Virus record (IMG/VR): IMGVR_UViG_3300029042_000248
Strand: one strand, 5' to 3'
Source: a virus
Lineage: Duplodnaviria; Heunggongvirae; Uroviricota; Caudoviricetes
DNA length: 33,844 nt
The translations under genes and the position numbers were made by a program. Of this stretch, positions 8,970-17,402 are shown one piece after another; the stretch's first letter is position 1; each line of letters begins with the position of its first letter. Under the pieces are notes generated by a model that had not been told where the DNA came from, did not search any database, and saw only the letters and a list, made by a program, of their open reading frames with translations.

Positions 8970-9565
8970 CCCTTTCAGGCATCGCCTCTGTTCTGCTGAA
9001 AGCCGGGCCGGGGCTGATTCGTTCCGTCGGGCGCTGGTTTGGTGGCAGTACATCTGCCGCCGCTGACTCGGTGGCCGGTATGGTGGAAAGCGTCCGGGAA
9101 AGCCTGCCGGTGGCTGAACAGCAGCGCGTTCTGGAACAAAAGCTGGTGATGTTGTCACCGGAACAACTGATGCAACTGGAAACCCTGAAAGTGCAGTTGC
9201 AACAACTGGCGGTGGAACGGCAGAAGCTGGTGCTGGCTGACCAGCAGGCTTCGCACCACGAACAGCAGGAAACCATCCGCAATGGTGACAACGCCACGGA
9301 CAGCTATGTGCGCCAGACGCGCCCGCTGCTGGCGCGCCTTTCCTGTTACAGCAGTCTGGCCTATGTGCTGTTGCTCTCCTGCGGCCAGATTGCCGGAGCC
9401 ATTGCCGGTGCCAGCGGTATCACGCTGCATATGCCATCACCGGACTGGGATATCACGCTGATGTTGCTTACCCCGGCACTGGGCTATCTCGGCGTAAGAA
9501 CCGTTGACGGTTTTGCCCGTTACAGCAAGTCAAGCAAGGACAAAATATCTGCGGGGCCGAAATGA
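8957..9565 (+). CDS. Hypothetical coiled-coil protein with hydrophobic C-terminal segments (202 aa); possible lysis or membrane-associated function
   Basis: Central Q/L-rich coiled coil, C-terminal hydrophobic stretches. Confidence 0.4.
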   Translation: MDPLTLSGIASVLLKAGPGLIRSVGRWFGGSTSAAADSVAGMVESVRESLPVAEQQRVLEQKLVMLSPEQLMQLETLKVQLQQLAVERQKLVLADQQASHHEQQETIRNGDNATDSYVRQTRPLLARLSCYSSLAYVLLLSCGQIAGAIAGASGITLHMPSPDWDITLMLLTPALGYLGVRTVDGFARYSKSSKDKISAGPK

Positions 9566-9789
9566 CCGACGAAATCGACCGCATCAGTGAAGTGGTTCTG
9601 AACGAACGTCAGAGCGTCGTTAAAGCCTGGCAGACACGGACAAAAGAAGCGCCCCACAGCCGGGGCTTCTGCAATGACTGCGGGAACGTTATTCCGGCAC
9701 AGCGCCTTGCGGCGCTGCCGGATGTGGTGACCTGTATTGACTGTCAGCAGATACGGGAACACAGGAGGAAATCGTGTCCTGGGAAATGA
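9562..9789 (+). CDS. TraR/DksA-family C4 zinc-finger protein (75 aa)
   Basis: CNDCGNVIPAQRLAALPDVVTCIDCQ = C-x2-C-x17-C-x2-C. Confidence 0.75.
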   Translation: MTDEIDRISEVVLNERQSVVKAWQTRTKEAPHSRGFCNDCGNVIPAQRLAALPDVVTCIDCQQIREHRRKSCPGK

Positions 9790-10079
9790 TCAGAGCCAAC
9801 TGGCCCATTCTGTGGGCATTGCTGATGACGGGAATAAACCTGCTTCAGCTGATTCTGGCAAAGACCTACGTCAAACGCGAAGAGTTTGATTTGCTGCGTT
9901 CCCGCGTGTCGGTGATGGAAAGCCAGGTACATCAGCTACCTGATCGTGATGAGTTCCACCGCCTGCAACTGGATATCAGCAACCTGCGGGGAGAAATCAA
10001 AGAGCTGGGGCCATCCATCCGCCAGGTATCCCGCATCAGCGATTTGTTATTAGAGAACGAGTTAAAGGAAAAAAATTAA
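9774..10079 (+). CDS. Membrane-anchored coiled-coil protein (101 aa), Mu gp25/DUF2730-like by architecture
   Basis: N-terminal TM (WPILWALLMTGINLLQLILA) followed by coiled coil. Confidence 0.45.
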   Translation: MSWEMIRANWPILWALLMTGINLLQLILAKTYVKREEFDLLRSRVSVMESQVHQLPDRDEFHRLQLDISNLRGEIKELGPSIRQVSRISDLLLENELKEKN

Positions 10080-10372
10080 TGGCGATGAAAGAGATCCTCA
10101 CTGAAGACCGTCGTCTGGTGTTGCTGCGTTCCCTGCTGGATTGTGGCGACAGCGCGAATGAATCCGTGTTGCAGACCTGCCTTCAGGCCTACGGTCATAA
10201 GGTATCCCGTGATGTGGTGCGCACCCAGCTTGCATGGCTGCGCGAGCAGGGGCTGGTTCGTCTGTCTGATGTGGGCGGCTGTTACGTGGCTGAAATCACC
10301 GGCAGCGGTGAGGATGTGGCAAACGGCCTGTCCAGCGTTCCGGGCGTTAAAAAACCCCGTGCGAGGGACTGA
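10079..10372 (+). CDS. Hypothetical protein (97 aa)
   Basis: ORF coupled to neighbours; helix-rich. Confidence 0.45.
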   Translation: MAMKEILTEDRRLVLLRSLLDCGDSANESVLQTCLQAYGHKVSRDVVRTQLAWLREQGLVRLSDVGGCYVAEITGSGEDVANGLSSVPGVKKPRARD

Positions 10373-10374
10373 GC

Positions 10375-10674
10375 ATGGCCCGAAAACTGAAGCCGTTAAG
10401 TCGCGGAGAACGGGCCGTCGTGCGGCAGCTGGCGTACTGTCTTGTGCTCGCGGATATTGAGAAAAACGCCATCGCCCGTGCATATGAACAACAGACCGGA
10501 AAGCCCTGGAACCCGGATGCACCGGATACCCCCATGAAACGTGCCCTGCGTTCATCACCGGCATGTGCGCGGCTGTGGAAGCTGCTGGGTAAGGATATCC
10601 GCTCCGTTCGCGAAGAAATATACGCCGGTCTGAAAACACCGGGAACTGAAGACGGGGGCCGTCGTGAACCGTAA
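10375..10674 (+). CDS. Hypothetical protein (99 aa)
   Basis: ORF coupled to neighbours; basic. Confidence 0.45.
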   Translation: MARKLKPLSRGERAVVRQLAYCLVLADIEKNAIARAYEQQTGKPWNPDAPDTPMKRALRSSPACARLWKLLGKDIRSVREEIYAGLKTPGTEDGGRREP

Positions 10675-10811
10675 AAAGAATCCGATAAGTAAAGCGTCCC
10701 GTGATGAACTCCGCCGTCTGGCGCACAACCTGACATGGCGGGAAATCCAGAACGGCGCACTGAAATCTGCATACGAAAGTTTACAGCGTAGTGAGCAACA
10801 GGAGCGCACAC

Positions 10812-11243
10812 ATGGAAAATGAACAACGCCCCACCCGTGGCCGTCTTTCCAAAGTGGATTTACTCCCGGACAGCATCCGGGAGCAGTTGCATCAGATGCT
10901 GCGGGAAAAGCGGCACACGCAGGAAGAAATCCGCGAAGCCATCAACGCCCTGATTGACGAACACAACCTGCCGGAAGAGATGCAGTTAAGCCGGACGGGC
11001 TTAAACCGCTATGCCATCCGCATGGAAAAAGTCGGGGCCAAAATCCGCGCCTCCCGCGAAATGGCCGAAGTCTGGGCGGCAAAGCTGGGTTCCGCGCCAA
11101 CATCAGACGTCGGCAAGCTGCTGATGGAGTTTGTAAAAACGCTGGCCTTTGAAACGTCCATGTCGATGGCAGAAGACGACAAACCTGTTGCACCGAAGGC
11201 GCTGGGCCAACTGGCGCTGGTTGCCCAGCGTCGGCAGCCATGA
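10812..11243 (+). CDS. Putative terminase small subunit / DNA-binding packaging protein (144 aa from ATG 10812)
   Basis: Immediately upstream of the large terminase; AGGAG RBS before ATG 10812 (the track starts at GTG 10791); assignment by position. Confidence 0.4.
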   Translation: MENEQRPTRGRLSKVDLLPDSIREQLHQMLREKRHTQEEIREAINALIDEHNLPEEMQLSRTGLNRYAIRMEKVGAKIRASREMAEVWAAKLGSAPTSDVGKLLMEFVKTLAFETSMSMAEDDKPVAPKALGQLALVAQRRQP

Positions 11244-11386
11244 CCAGCCATAAACGCGAAAAAGCGATCCGCGATGCGTTTGCGCAGGAGATGGCAGAGA
11301 AAACCGAAGAACTGGTCAGAACGGGCGGTCTGTCAGGTGGTGCGGCTGACACCATCAAACGTGAAATTCTGGGGATTAGCGCATGA
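11240..11386 (+). CDS. Small ORF (48 aa) bridging the putative small and large terminase genes
   Basis: ATG overlaps previous stop (ATGA) and its stop overlaps the large-terminase ATG; below the track size cutoff, read manually. Confidence 0.3.
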   Translation: MTSHKREKAIRDAFAQEMAEKTEELVRTGGLSGGAADTIKREILGISA

Positions 11387-12918
11387 CACAGATGAACACG
11401 TTCAGTGAATACGATGTTCTGCTGCCGTATCAGAAACGCTGGGTGGCGGATGATGCCGACCTGAAAATCGCCGAGAAATCCCGCCGTACCGGTTTAACCT
11501 GGGCGGAAGCTGCGGATGCGGCACTGACGGCATCACTGAAGAAGGAAGACGGCGGGCGCGATCACTTTTATATCGGTTCGAATAAGGAGATGGCCCGCGA
11601 ATTTATCGACGCCGTGGCGATGTGGGCGAAAGCGTTTAATGCGGCAGCGGAAGAAATCTGCGAGGAAGTGATCACCGACGAAGACAAGGACATTCTGACG
11701 TTCGTCGTGTACTTCGCCAGCGGTTTTAAGGTCAAGGCACTGTCCAGCAACCCGAGCAACATTCGCGGGATGCAGGGGAATGTCACCATCGACGAGGCCG
11801 CGTTCCATGAAAAACTGGACGAACTGCTGAAGGCCGTGCTGCCGCTGAAAACATGGGGCGGCAAAATTCGCCTTATTTCCACCCATGACGGCGTGGACAA
11901 CCTGTTTAACCAGCTGATTCAGGAAAGCCGCGCGGGCAAAAAAGATTACAGCATTCACACCATCACGCTGGACGACGCCTGCAATGACGGGCTGTACCGG
12001 CGTATCTGTCAGGTGCGCGGCATGGTGTGGTCACCGGAAGCCGAGGCGGAATGGAAAGAAGGCCTGCTGCGAAATACCGCCACCCGCGAAGACGCACTGG
12101 AGGAATATTACTGCGTCCCGAAAAACGGCGGCGGCACGTATATCCCCCGCTCACTGCGTGAACGTGCGGCCCGTGGCACCGGAAAAGTGTTGCGCTTTAC
12201 CGGCACACCGGAATTTAACGCACTGACGGAAAGTCAGCGCCGGGCAGATATCCGGGAATGGCTGGAAACAGTGGTGCGCCCCGAGCTGGAAAAACTCCCG
12301 CAGAACCTGCGCCACTGTCTGGGGGAAGACTTTGCGCGTTCGGGTGACCTGACCGTACTGGCCCCGGTGACGGTGAACGATGACACCACCCGCGAGGTGC
12401 CGTTCCTGGTTGAGCTTGGCAATGTGCCGTTTAAACAGCAGGAGCAGGTGCTGTTCTGGCTTTGCGATCGTCTGCCCCGTCGTGACGGTATCAAAATGGA
12501 TGCGCGGGGGAATGGTCAGTATCTGGCAGAACAGGCGGCGGAGCGGTACGGCGACGAAGTGGAACAGGTGATGCTGTCCGTGGCGTTCTACCGCGAAAAC
12601 ATGCCCCGGTTCCGTGCGGCGTTTGAAGATGATGAGCTGATCCTTCCGAAGCATGAAGACGTGATCAATGACCTCGGGGCCATTCAGTTACTGCGTGGCG
12701 TTCCCGGCATTGATGATTCACGAACCAAAGGCAGCGACGGTCACAAACGTCACGGCGACGCCGCTGTGGCCATTTTCCTGGGCTTCCTTGCCAGCAAGGA
12801 TGACTGCCACCGTTACGAACTGCACCGCCTGAACCGCCCGGCGAAACCGGAAGAACGCAACGCGCGCCGCCAGATGAAGCTGACGCGCGGCCTGAAAAAT
12901 GAGGGAGGTTTACTGTGA
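11383..12918 (+). CDS. Terminase large subunit (511 aa)
   Basis: Size and position before the portal; overall resemblance to Mu-type large terminases from memory. Confidence 0.8.
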   Translation: MTQMNTFSEYDVLLPYQKRWVADDADLKIAEKSRRTGLTWAEAADAALTASLKKEDGGRDHFYIGSNKEMAREFIDAVAMWAKAFNAAAEEICEEVITDEDKDILTFVVYFASGFKVKALSSNPSNIRGMQGNVTIDEAAFHEKLDELLKAVLPLKTWGGKIRLISTHDGVDNLFNQLIQESRAGKKDYSIHTITLDDACNDGLYRRICQVRGMVWSPEAEAEWKEGLLRNTATREDALEEYYCVPKNGGGTYIPRSLRERAARGTGKVLRFTGTPEFNALTESQRRADIREWLETVVRPELEKLPQNLRHCLGEDFARSGDLTVLAPVTVNDDTTREVPFLVELGNVPFKQQEQVLFWLCDRLPRRDGIKMDARGNGQYLAEQAAERYGDEVEQVMLSVAFYRENMPRFRAAFEDDELILPKHEDVINDLGAIQLLRGVPGIDDSRTKGSDGHKRHGDAAVAIFLGFLASKDDCHRYELHRLNRPAKPEERNARRQMKLTRGLKNEGGLL

Positions 12919-14486
12919 ACCTGAAACAACTGGCCGGGGCCGTTCGCCGTCTGCTGAACCCGGCAACCGGTGAGGAAGACACGCTGAAAAAAGAGGCGCT
13001 CAACGAAGCACAGGCCCGTCCGCGTCATGCCGGTGTGCGTTCGGCCTCGCCGGGTATCAGCGTCGCCTCCGGGCTGAACCCCGGCAGGCTGGCAGGCATT
13101 CTGCGCAATGCTACTGACGGCATCACGCGTGATTTTTTTATCCTTGCTGAAGAGATGGAAGAACGCGATTTGCATTACGCCTCGGTACTGCGCACCCGCA
13201 AGCTGACGGTGGCGGGTATCGAACCGGTGGTGGTGGCCGCCAGTGATGACGATGCTGACGTGCAACTGGCGGACGCCATCCGTGCACTGATGGAGGCACC
13301 GCAAATCCCTGAGCTGATGTTTGATCTGCTCGACGGGCTGGGAAAAGGCGTGGCGGTCTGTGAAATTTTGTGGAACACCCGCAACAACCACTGGGTGCCC
13401 CGTGATTATGAGTGGGTTGATCCCCGTTTTCTGAAAGCTGAAAAGCCCACGCTGCGTCAGTTCCGCCTGCTGACGGACGATGAACCGGTGGATGGCGTAC
13501 CGCTGACACCGGGAAAATTCATTGTTCACCAGCCGCGTCTGAAATCCGGTCTGCCGCTGCGTAATGGTCTGGCCCGTCTGGTGGCGGTGATGTACATGCT
13601 GAAATCCTTTACCGTGCGCGACTGGTGGGCATTTGCGGAAAAATTCGGCATTCCGGTTACGGTGGGGAAATACGGTCCCAACGCCACGGAGGAGCAAATC
13701 CGCGTGCTGATTGATGCGATTGCCTCCATTGCCTCGGATGCCGGGTGTGCTATTCCGCAGTCCATGCAACTGGAGATGAAGGAAACCGCCAGCAGGAATA
13801 ACGGCGGCGCACTGTTCCGTGAAATGGCGGAATGGTGCGATGCGCAAATCAGTAAAGCCGTGCTGGGGCAGACCATGACCACGGATAACGGCAGTTCGCG
13901 TTCACAGGCGGACGTGCACAATCAGGTGCGCATGGACATTGTGCGCTGGGACGCGCGGCAACTGGCTAACACGCTGAATGAATATCTGGTACGCCCCTAC
14001 ATTGAGGCCAACTACGGGCCACAGGCGCACTACCCCCGTGTTGTTCTGCGTATCAGTGAAGCGGAAGATTTGAAGGCGCTGACAGACGCTCTGGTGCCAC
14101 TGATTGACCGGGGGATGCGGGTTCAGGAATCGGAGCTGCGGGACCGGTTCGGCCTGGCTGAACCGGACGACGGGGCTGATGTTCTGCATCCGGTGTCTGC
14201 CGGAATGTCAGGTGATGTGGCGATGAACCGCGAGCGCGTCGCCCTGAACCGGGAACACCCCGATGAACTGGCACAGATGGTGGATGATGCCCTGCGTGAC
14301 TGGCAGAAAACCGGCGAGGCGTTCACGAACCCGGTGCTGACACTGGCGCAGGAATGCGACAGTTTTGATGACTTTCTGAAACGCCTGCCTGAGCTTCAGG
14401 AAACGCTGAACGCGGACGACTTTGCCCTGCAACTGGCGGAGGTGTGCTTTAAGGCGCGTGCGCTGGGGGACACTGCTCATGCGTGA
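12915..14486 (+). CDS. H: Portal protein, Mu gp29-like (523 aa)
   Basis: Size and position between terminase and F-like gene. Confidence 0.8.
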   Translation: MNLKQLAGAVRRLLNPATGEEDTLKKEALNEAQARPRHAGVRSASPGISVASGLNPGRLAGILRNATDGITRDFFILAEEMEERDLHYASVLRTRKLTVAGIEPVVVAASDDDADVQLADAIRALMEAPQIPELMFDLLDGLGKGVAVCEILWNTRNNHWVPRDYEWVDPRFLKAEKPTLRQFRLLTDDEPVDGVPLTPGKFIVHQPRLKSGLPLRNGLARLVAVMYMLKSFTVRDWWAFAEKFGIPVTVGKYGPNATEEQIRVLIDAIASIASDAGCAIPQSMQLEMKETASRNNGGALFREMAEWCDAQISKAVLGQTMTTDNGSSRSQADVHNQVRMDIVRWDARQLANTLNEYLVRPYIEANYGPQAHYPRVVLRISEAEDLKALTDALVPLIDRGMRVQESELRDRFGLAEPDDGADVLHPVSAGMSGDVAMNRERVALNREHPDELAQMVDDALRDWQKTGEAFTNPVLTLAQECDSFDDFLKRLPELQETLNADDFALQLAEVCFKARALGDTAHA

Positions 14487-15243
14487 AACCCTCATCCCGA
14501 AAGAGGCGCTGGCGTGGCTGAAGGCGAAGAAGCTGCGCCCCGGTTTTGATTACCGGGATGTATGGCGGGAAGAGCACCGGAACAGCTTCACCGTGGCAAA
14601 AATGCTGCAACTGGATTTGTTGTCGGATGTGAAAGCCCTTGTGGAAGACGCCCTGCAAAGCGGGCAGACGTTCAGCGAGTTCCGGGAGGCGCTGCAACCG
14701 CTGCTGATAAAACGCGGATGGTGGGGCGTTCAGGAGATGGATGATCCGCTGACGGGCGAAAGGCGCACCGTGCAACTGGGCAGCGACCGCCGCCTCCGCA
14801 CGATTTTTGATACCAACATGCGCACCGCCCGCGCGGCGGGCCAGTGGGAACGCATTCAGCGGACAAAGCGGGCCATGCCGTATCTGATTTACGAGCTGGG
14901 ACCATCCCGCGAGCACCGGGCGGAGCATGTGAAATGGGCGCGTCTGTGTCTGCCGGTAGATCATCCGTTCTGGCAGACGCATTTCGCCCCTAACGGCTGG
15001 GGCTGCAAATGCACCATCCGTCAGGTCAGCCGTGGTGAATATGCGCAACTGGCGGCACAGGGCACCATTCACACCGAAGCGCCGGAAATCAGAACTGTCC
15101 GCTGGGTGAACAAACGCACGGGCGAAGAGGAAGAGGTGCCGGAAGGGATTGATCCGGGCTGGAACTACAATCCCGGTATAAACCGTGAGCAGGAGCTGGC
15201 ACGCCAGCTGGCGACAAAACAGGCCCGTTTTGACAGTGAGTAA
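14479..15243 (+). CDS. F: Head morphogenesis protein, Mu F-like (254 aa from ATG 14479)
   Basis: In-frame ATG at 14479 overlapping the portal stop; conserved region HVKWARLCLPVDHPFWQTHFAPNGWGCKCTIRQVSR resembles the Mu F family. Confidence 0.75.
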   Translation: MRETLIPKEALAWLKAKKLRPGFDYRDVWREEHRNSFTVAKMLQLDLLSDVKALVEDALQSGQTFSEFREALQPLLIKRGWWGVQEMDDPLTGERRTVQLGSDRRLRTIFDTNMRTARAAGQWERIQRTKRAMPYLIYELGPSREHRAEHVKWARLCLPVDHPFWQTHFAPNGWGCKCTIRQVSRGEYAQLAAQGTIHTEAPEIRTVRWVNKRTGEEEEVPEGIDPGWNYNPGINREQELARQLATKQARFDSE

Positions 15244-15271
15244 CCCTCCCGCCGTAAATCCCCCTGAAACG

Positions 15272-15299
15272 CATCAGAAACGCGTTTTTTATTCTGATG
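15272..15299 (+). other. Hairpin (8-bp stem catcagaa/ttctgatg) in the F-I intergenic region
   Basis: Exact reverse-complement arms 15272-15279 and 15292-15299; loop contains ACGCGT. Confidence 0.5.
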
Positions 15300-15319
15300 G
15301 CGTGAATGTGCATTCTGAC

Positions 15320-15360
15320 GTTTTTGAAGATGCTGTGGCGTTTTTGAAGGGGTTTTGAAG
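15320..15360 (+). repeat. Three direct copies of GTTTT(T)GAAG in the F-I intergenic region
   Basis: gtttttgaag at 15320-15329 and 15340-15349, gttttgaag at 15352-15360. Confidence 0.6.
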
Positions 15361-15381
15361 GGGGTATTTCCCCGTTTTCAG

Positions 15382-15407
15382 TGAAGCCGGTAAATCCGGC
15401 TTTTTTT
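15382..15407 (+). terminator. Palindrome+T7 element, copy 2 (identical 26-mer to 7669-7694)
   Basis: Exact repeat of tgaagccggtaaatccggcttttttt; followed by TGCCTTCCGCA (copy 1 has TGCCTCCGGCA). Confidence 0.6.
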
Positions 15408-15456
15408 CTGCCTTCCGCATACTGACCGTCGGTAACCCCAAACGACGGAGACTGAC

Positions 15457-16419
15457 ATGCAACCGGAACTGCTGGCGCTGTGTTTTTCCCTGCCAGAACC
15501 CATCCCTGAGCTGACACCTGCTCAACTGCCGGAATGGCTTGAACTCGTCCCTGCGGGTGAGTTCACCGGGCGCGATGGCCGGACGTGGATTAACCGCAAT
15601 CCGCATGAGGTGGTCACCCGCTCGTCCGACATCAAAATTCCGGTGGACATTGAACACGCCACCGAAATTAAAGGGCAACGCGGTGATGAAGCCCCGGCGT
15701 ATGGCTGGGTGGAAGAACTGCGCGTGACGGACAGCGGCACCATTGAAGGCCGTGTTGTCTGGAGCGAGTACGCCCGGTGGATGCTGAGCGAACGCCGCTA
15801 CCGCTATTACAGCCCGGCGTTTTTCTTTGACGCAGACGGTGTGGTGACGCGCCTGTCCAGCGTCGGGCTGACCAACAAACCTAACCTGGACTTTCCTGCA
15901 CTGAATACGGAGAAAAACCCGATGACAGTACCTGTGCAAATCACCGGCCTGCTTGGGCTGGCTGAATCTGCCACGGTGGACGATACCGTGGCCGCCATTA
16001 AACAACTTCAGGAGAACGAACAGGTGGCGCTGAACCGCGCACAGACACCTGACCTGACGAAGTTTGTGCCGGTGGAAACCCACAATCTGGCACTGAACCG
16101 TGCCGAAACCGCAGAACAACGCCTTCAGCAACTGGAAGAGAAGGAAGCAGAAGCGCTTGTGGATGCGGCCATCGAAGCCGGAAAAGTGGCCCCGGCAAAC
16201 CGTGACATGTTCCTTGCCACCTGCCGCACGGAAGAAGGCCGCAAACAGTTTGCGGAATACACCAAAGGTGCACAGCCGCTGGTGAACAACGACAAGCCCA
16301 GCCAGGGCAAGGATAAACCCGCGCAGACACTGACCGACGCCGAACTGGCGATGTGCCGCAGCATGGGTATTACCGGGGAAGAGTTCCTCGCCGCTAAACC
16401 TAAACAGGAGAATAACTGA
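15457..16419 (+). CDS. I: Head protease / scaffold protein, Mu I-like (320 aa)
   Basis: Position before the major head gene; C-terminal coiled-coil region; GGAG RBS 6 nt upstream. Confidence 0.75.
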   Translation: MQPELLALCFSLPEPIPELTPAQLPEWLELVPAGEFTGRDGRTWINRNPHEVVTRSSDIKIPVDIEHATEIKGQRGDEAPAYGWVEELRVTDSGTIEGRVVWSEYARWMLSERRYRYYSPAFFFDADGVVTRLSSVGLTNKPNLDFPALNTEKNPMTVPVQITGLLGLAESATVDDTVAAIKQLQENEQVALNRAQTPDLTKFVPVETHNLALNRAETAEQRLQQLEEKEAEALVDAAIEAGKVAPANRDMFLATCRTEEGRKQFAEYTKGAQPLVNNDKPSQGKDKPAQTLTDAELAMCRSMGITGEEFLAAKPKQENN

Positions 16420-17321
16420 TGGGAGCAGTCACTTCCGAAGTCCTTCACGCGCTGACCACCTGTCTGAGCGCCGCTTATACCCGTGGTCTGAGTGGTGTCA
16501 CCCCACAATGGCAGCGCATCGCCTCTGAAATCCCGAGTTCGTCCGCTTCCAATACCTACGGCTGGATGAAAGATTTACCGGAGATTAAGGAATGGGTCAG
16601 CGCCCGTCAGATGGCAACGCTGGACGGTTATGGTTACACCCTTGCGAACAAAACCTGGGAAAGTTCGATCCGCGTTAAACGCGAACACATTGAAGACGAT
16701 CAGATTGGTCAGTACAGCATTATCGCTGAACGCTATGGCCGCCAGACGTCGGAGTTCCCGGACAAGCTGTGTTACCCCCTGCTGTGTGCCGGGTTTAACA
16801 CCCTGTGTTTTGACGGTCAGAACTTCTTTGATGAAGACCACCCGCTGGGCGACGGCACATACAGCAACGTTGTCGGCACCCCGGCATCAGACCAGGGGGA
16901 ACCGTGGTTTCTGATTGATGATTCTCAGGTACTGAAACCCATCATCTGGCAGACGCGACGCGCCTTTAAGTTTGAAGCACTGGATGATCTGAACAGCGAG
17001 CACACCTTCAAGAATAACGAGTTCCTTTACGGGGTGGACGGTCGCTGCAATGCGGGCTTCGGCTTCTGGCAGACCACCGTCGGTTCCCGTGCGGCACTGA
17101 CAGCGGAGAACTACGAGAAGGCCAGCAATCTGCTGCTGGGTATGAAGGCCACCAACGGTGAACCGCTGGGCATCCGCCCGACCACCCTTGTGGTGGGGCC
17201 GAAAAACCGTGCAGCCGCGAAGCGCATCATTGACGCCATGCTGGTTAACGGCGGCGATTCCAACATCTGGTACAAGGATGTGGACATCGTGGTCAGCCCG
17301 TTCATCACCACCCCGGCATAA
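16419..17321 (+). CDS. T: Major head subunit, Mu T-like (300 aa)
   Basis: Size and position; followed by strong hairpins typical of major capsid genes. Confidence 0.8.
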   Translation: MGAVTSEVLHALTTCLSAAYTRGLSGVTPQWQRIASEIPSSSASNTYGWMKDLPEIKEWVSARQMATLDGYGYTLANKTWESSIRVKREHIEDDQIGQYSIIAERYGRQTSEFPDKLCYPLLCAGFNTLCFDGQNFFDEDHPLGDGTYSNVVGTPASDQGEPWFLIDDSQVLKPIIWQTRRAFKFEALDDLNSEHTFKNNEFLYGVDGRCNAGFGFWQTTVGSRAALTAENYEKASNLLLGMKATNGEPLGIRPTTLVVGPKNRAAAKRIIDAMLVNGGDSNIWYKDVDIVVSPFITTPA

Positions 17322-17349
17322 CCCGTCATCCGTAATCTGTTGTAACCCG

Positions 17350-17398
17350 CAGTTAAAAGGCGCTGTGAATGCCCTTTTAACTGCCTTTTAAAAGGCAG
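17350..17398 (+). terminator. Two adjacent stem-loops after the major head gene (11-bp stem 17350-17383; 18-nt perfect palindrome 17381-17398)
   Basis: cagttaaaagg/ccttttaactg arms with 12-nt loop; ctgccttttaaaaggcag palindrome; no T-tract, so terminator or RNA-stabilising structure. Confidence 0.5.
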
Positions 17399-17402
17399 AG
17401 TC

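Noticed and set aside
10143-10460. Pro/Cys-rich 105-aa alternative-frame ORF as a candidate o-spanin
   Set aside because: No N-terminal signal peptide or lipobox; it lies in an alternative frame of two coupled + strand genes and is most likely a GC-driven artefact.
12813-13847. 344-aa minus-strand ORF antisense to the portal gene, plus similar long antisense ORFs at 10076-10726, 15289-16131, 20709-21455, 24493-25221 and 30358-31131
   Set aside because: Each lies wholly inside a well-supported + strand structural gene in GC-rich DNA where stop codons are rare; low-complexity Ala/Arg/Ser/Pro-rich translations; no RBS context.
15244-15456. Anti-CRISPR-type cargo locus upstream of the protease/scaffold gene, as in Pseudomonas Mu-like phages
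   Set aside because: The interval has no ORF longer than about 13 codons with a plausible start; it looks purely regulatory.
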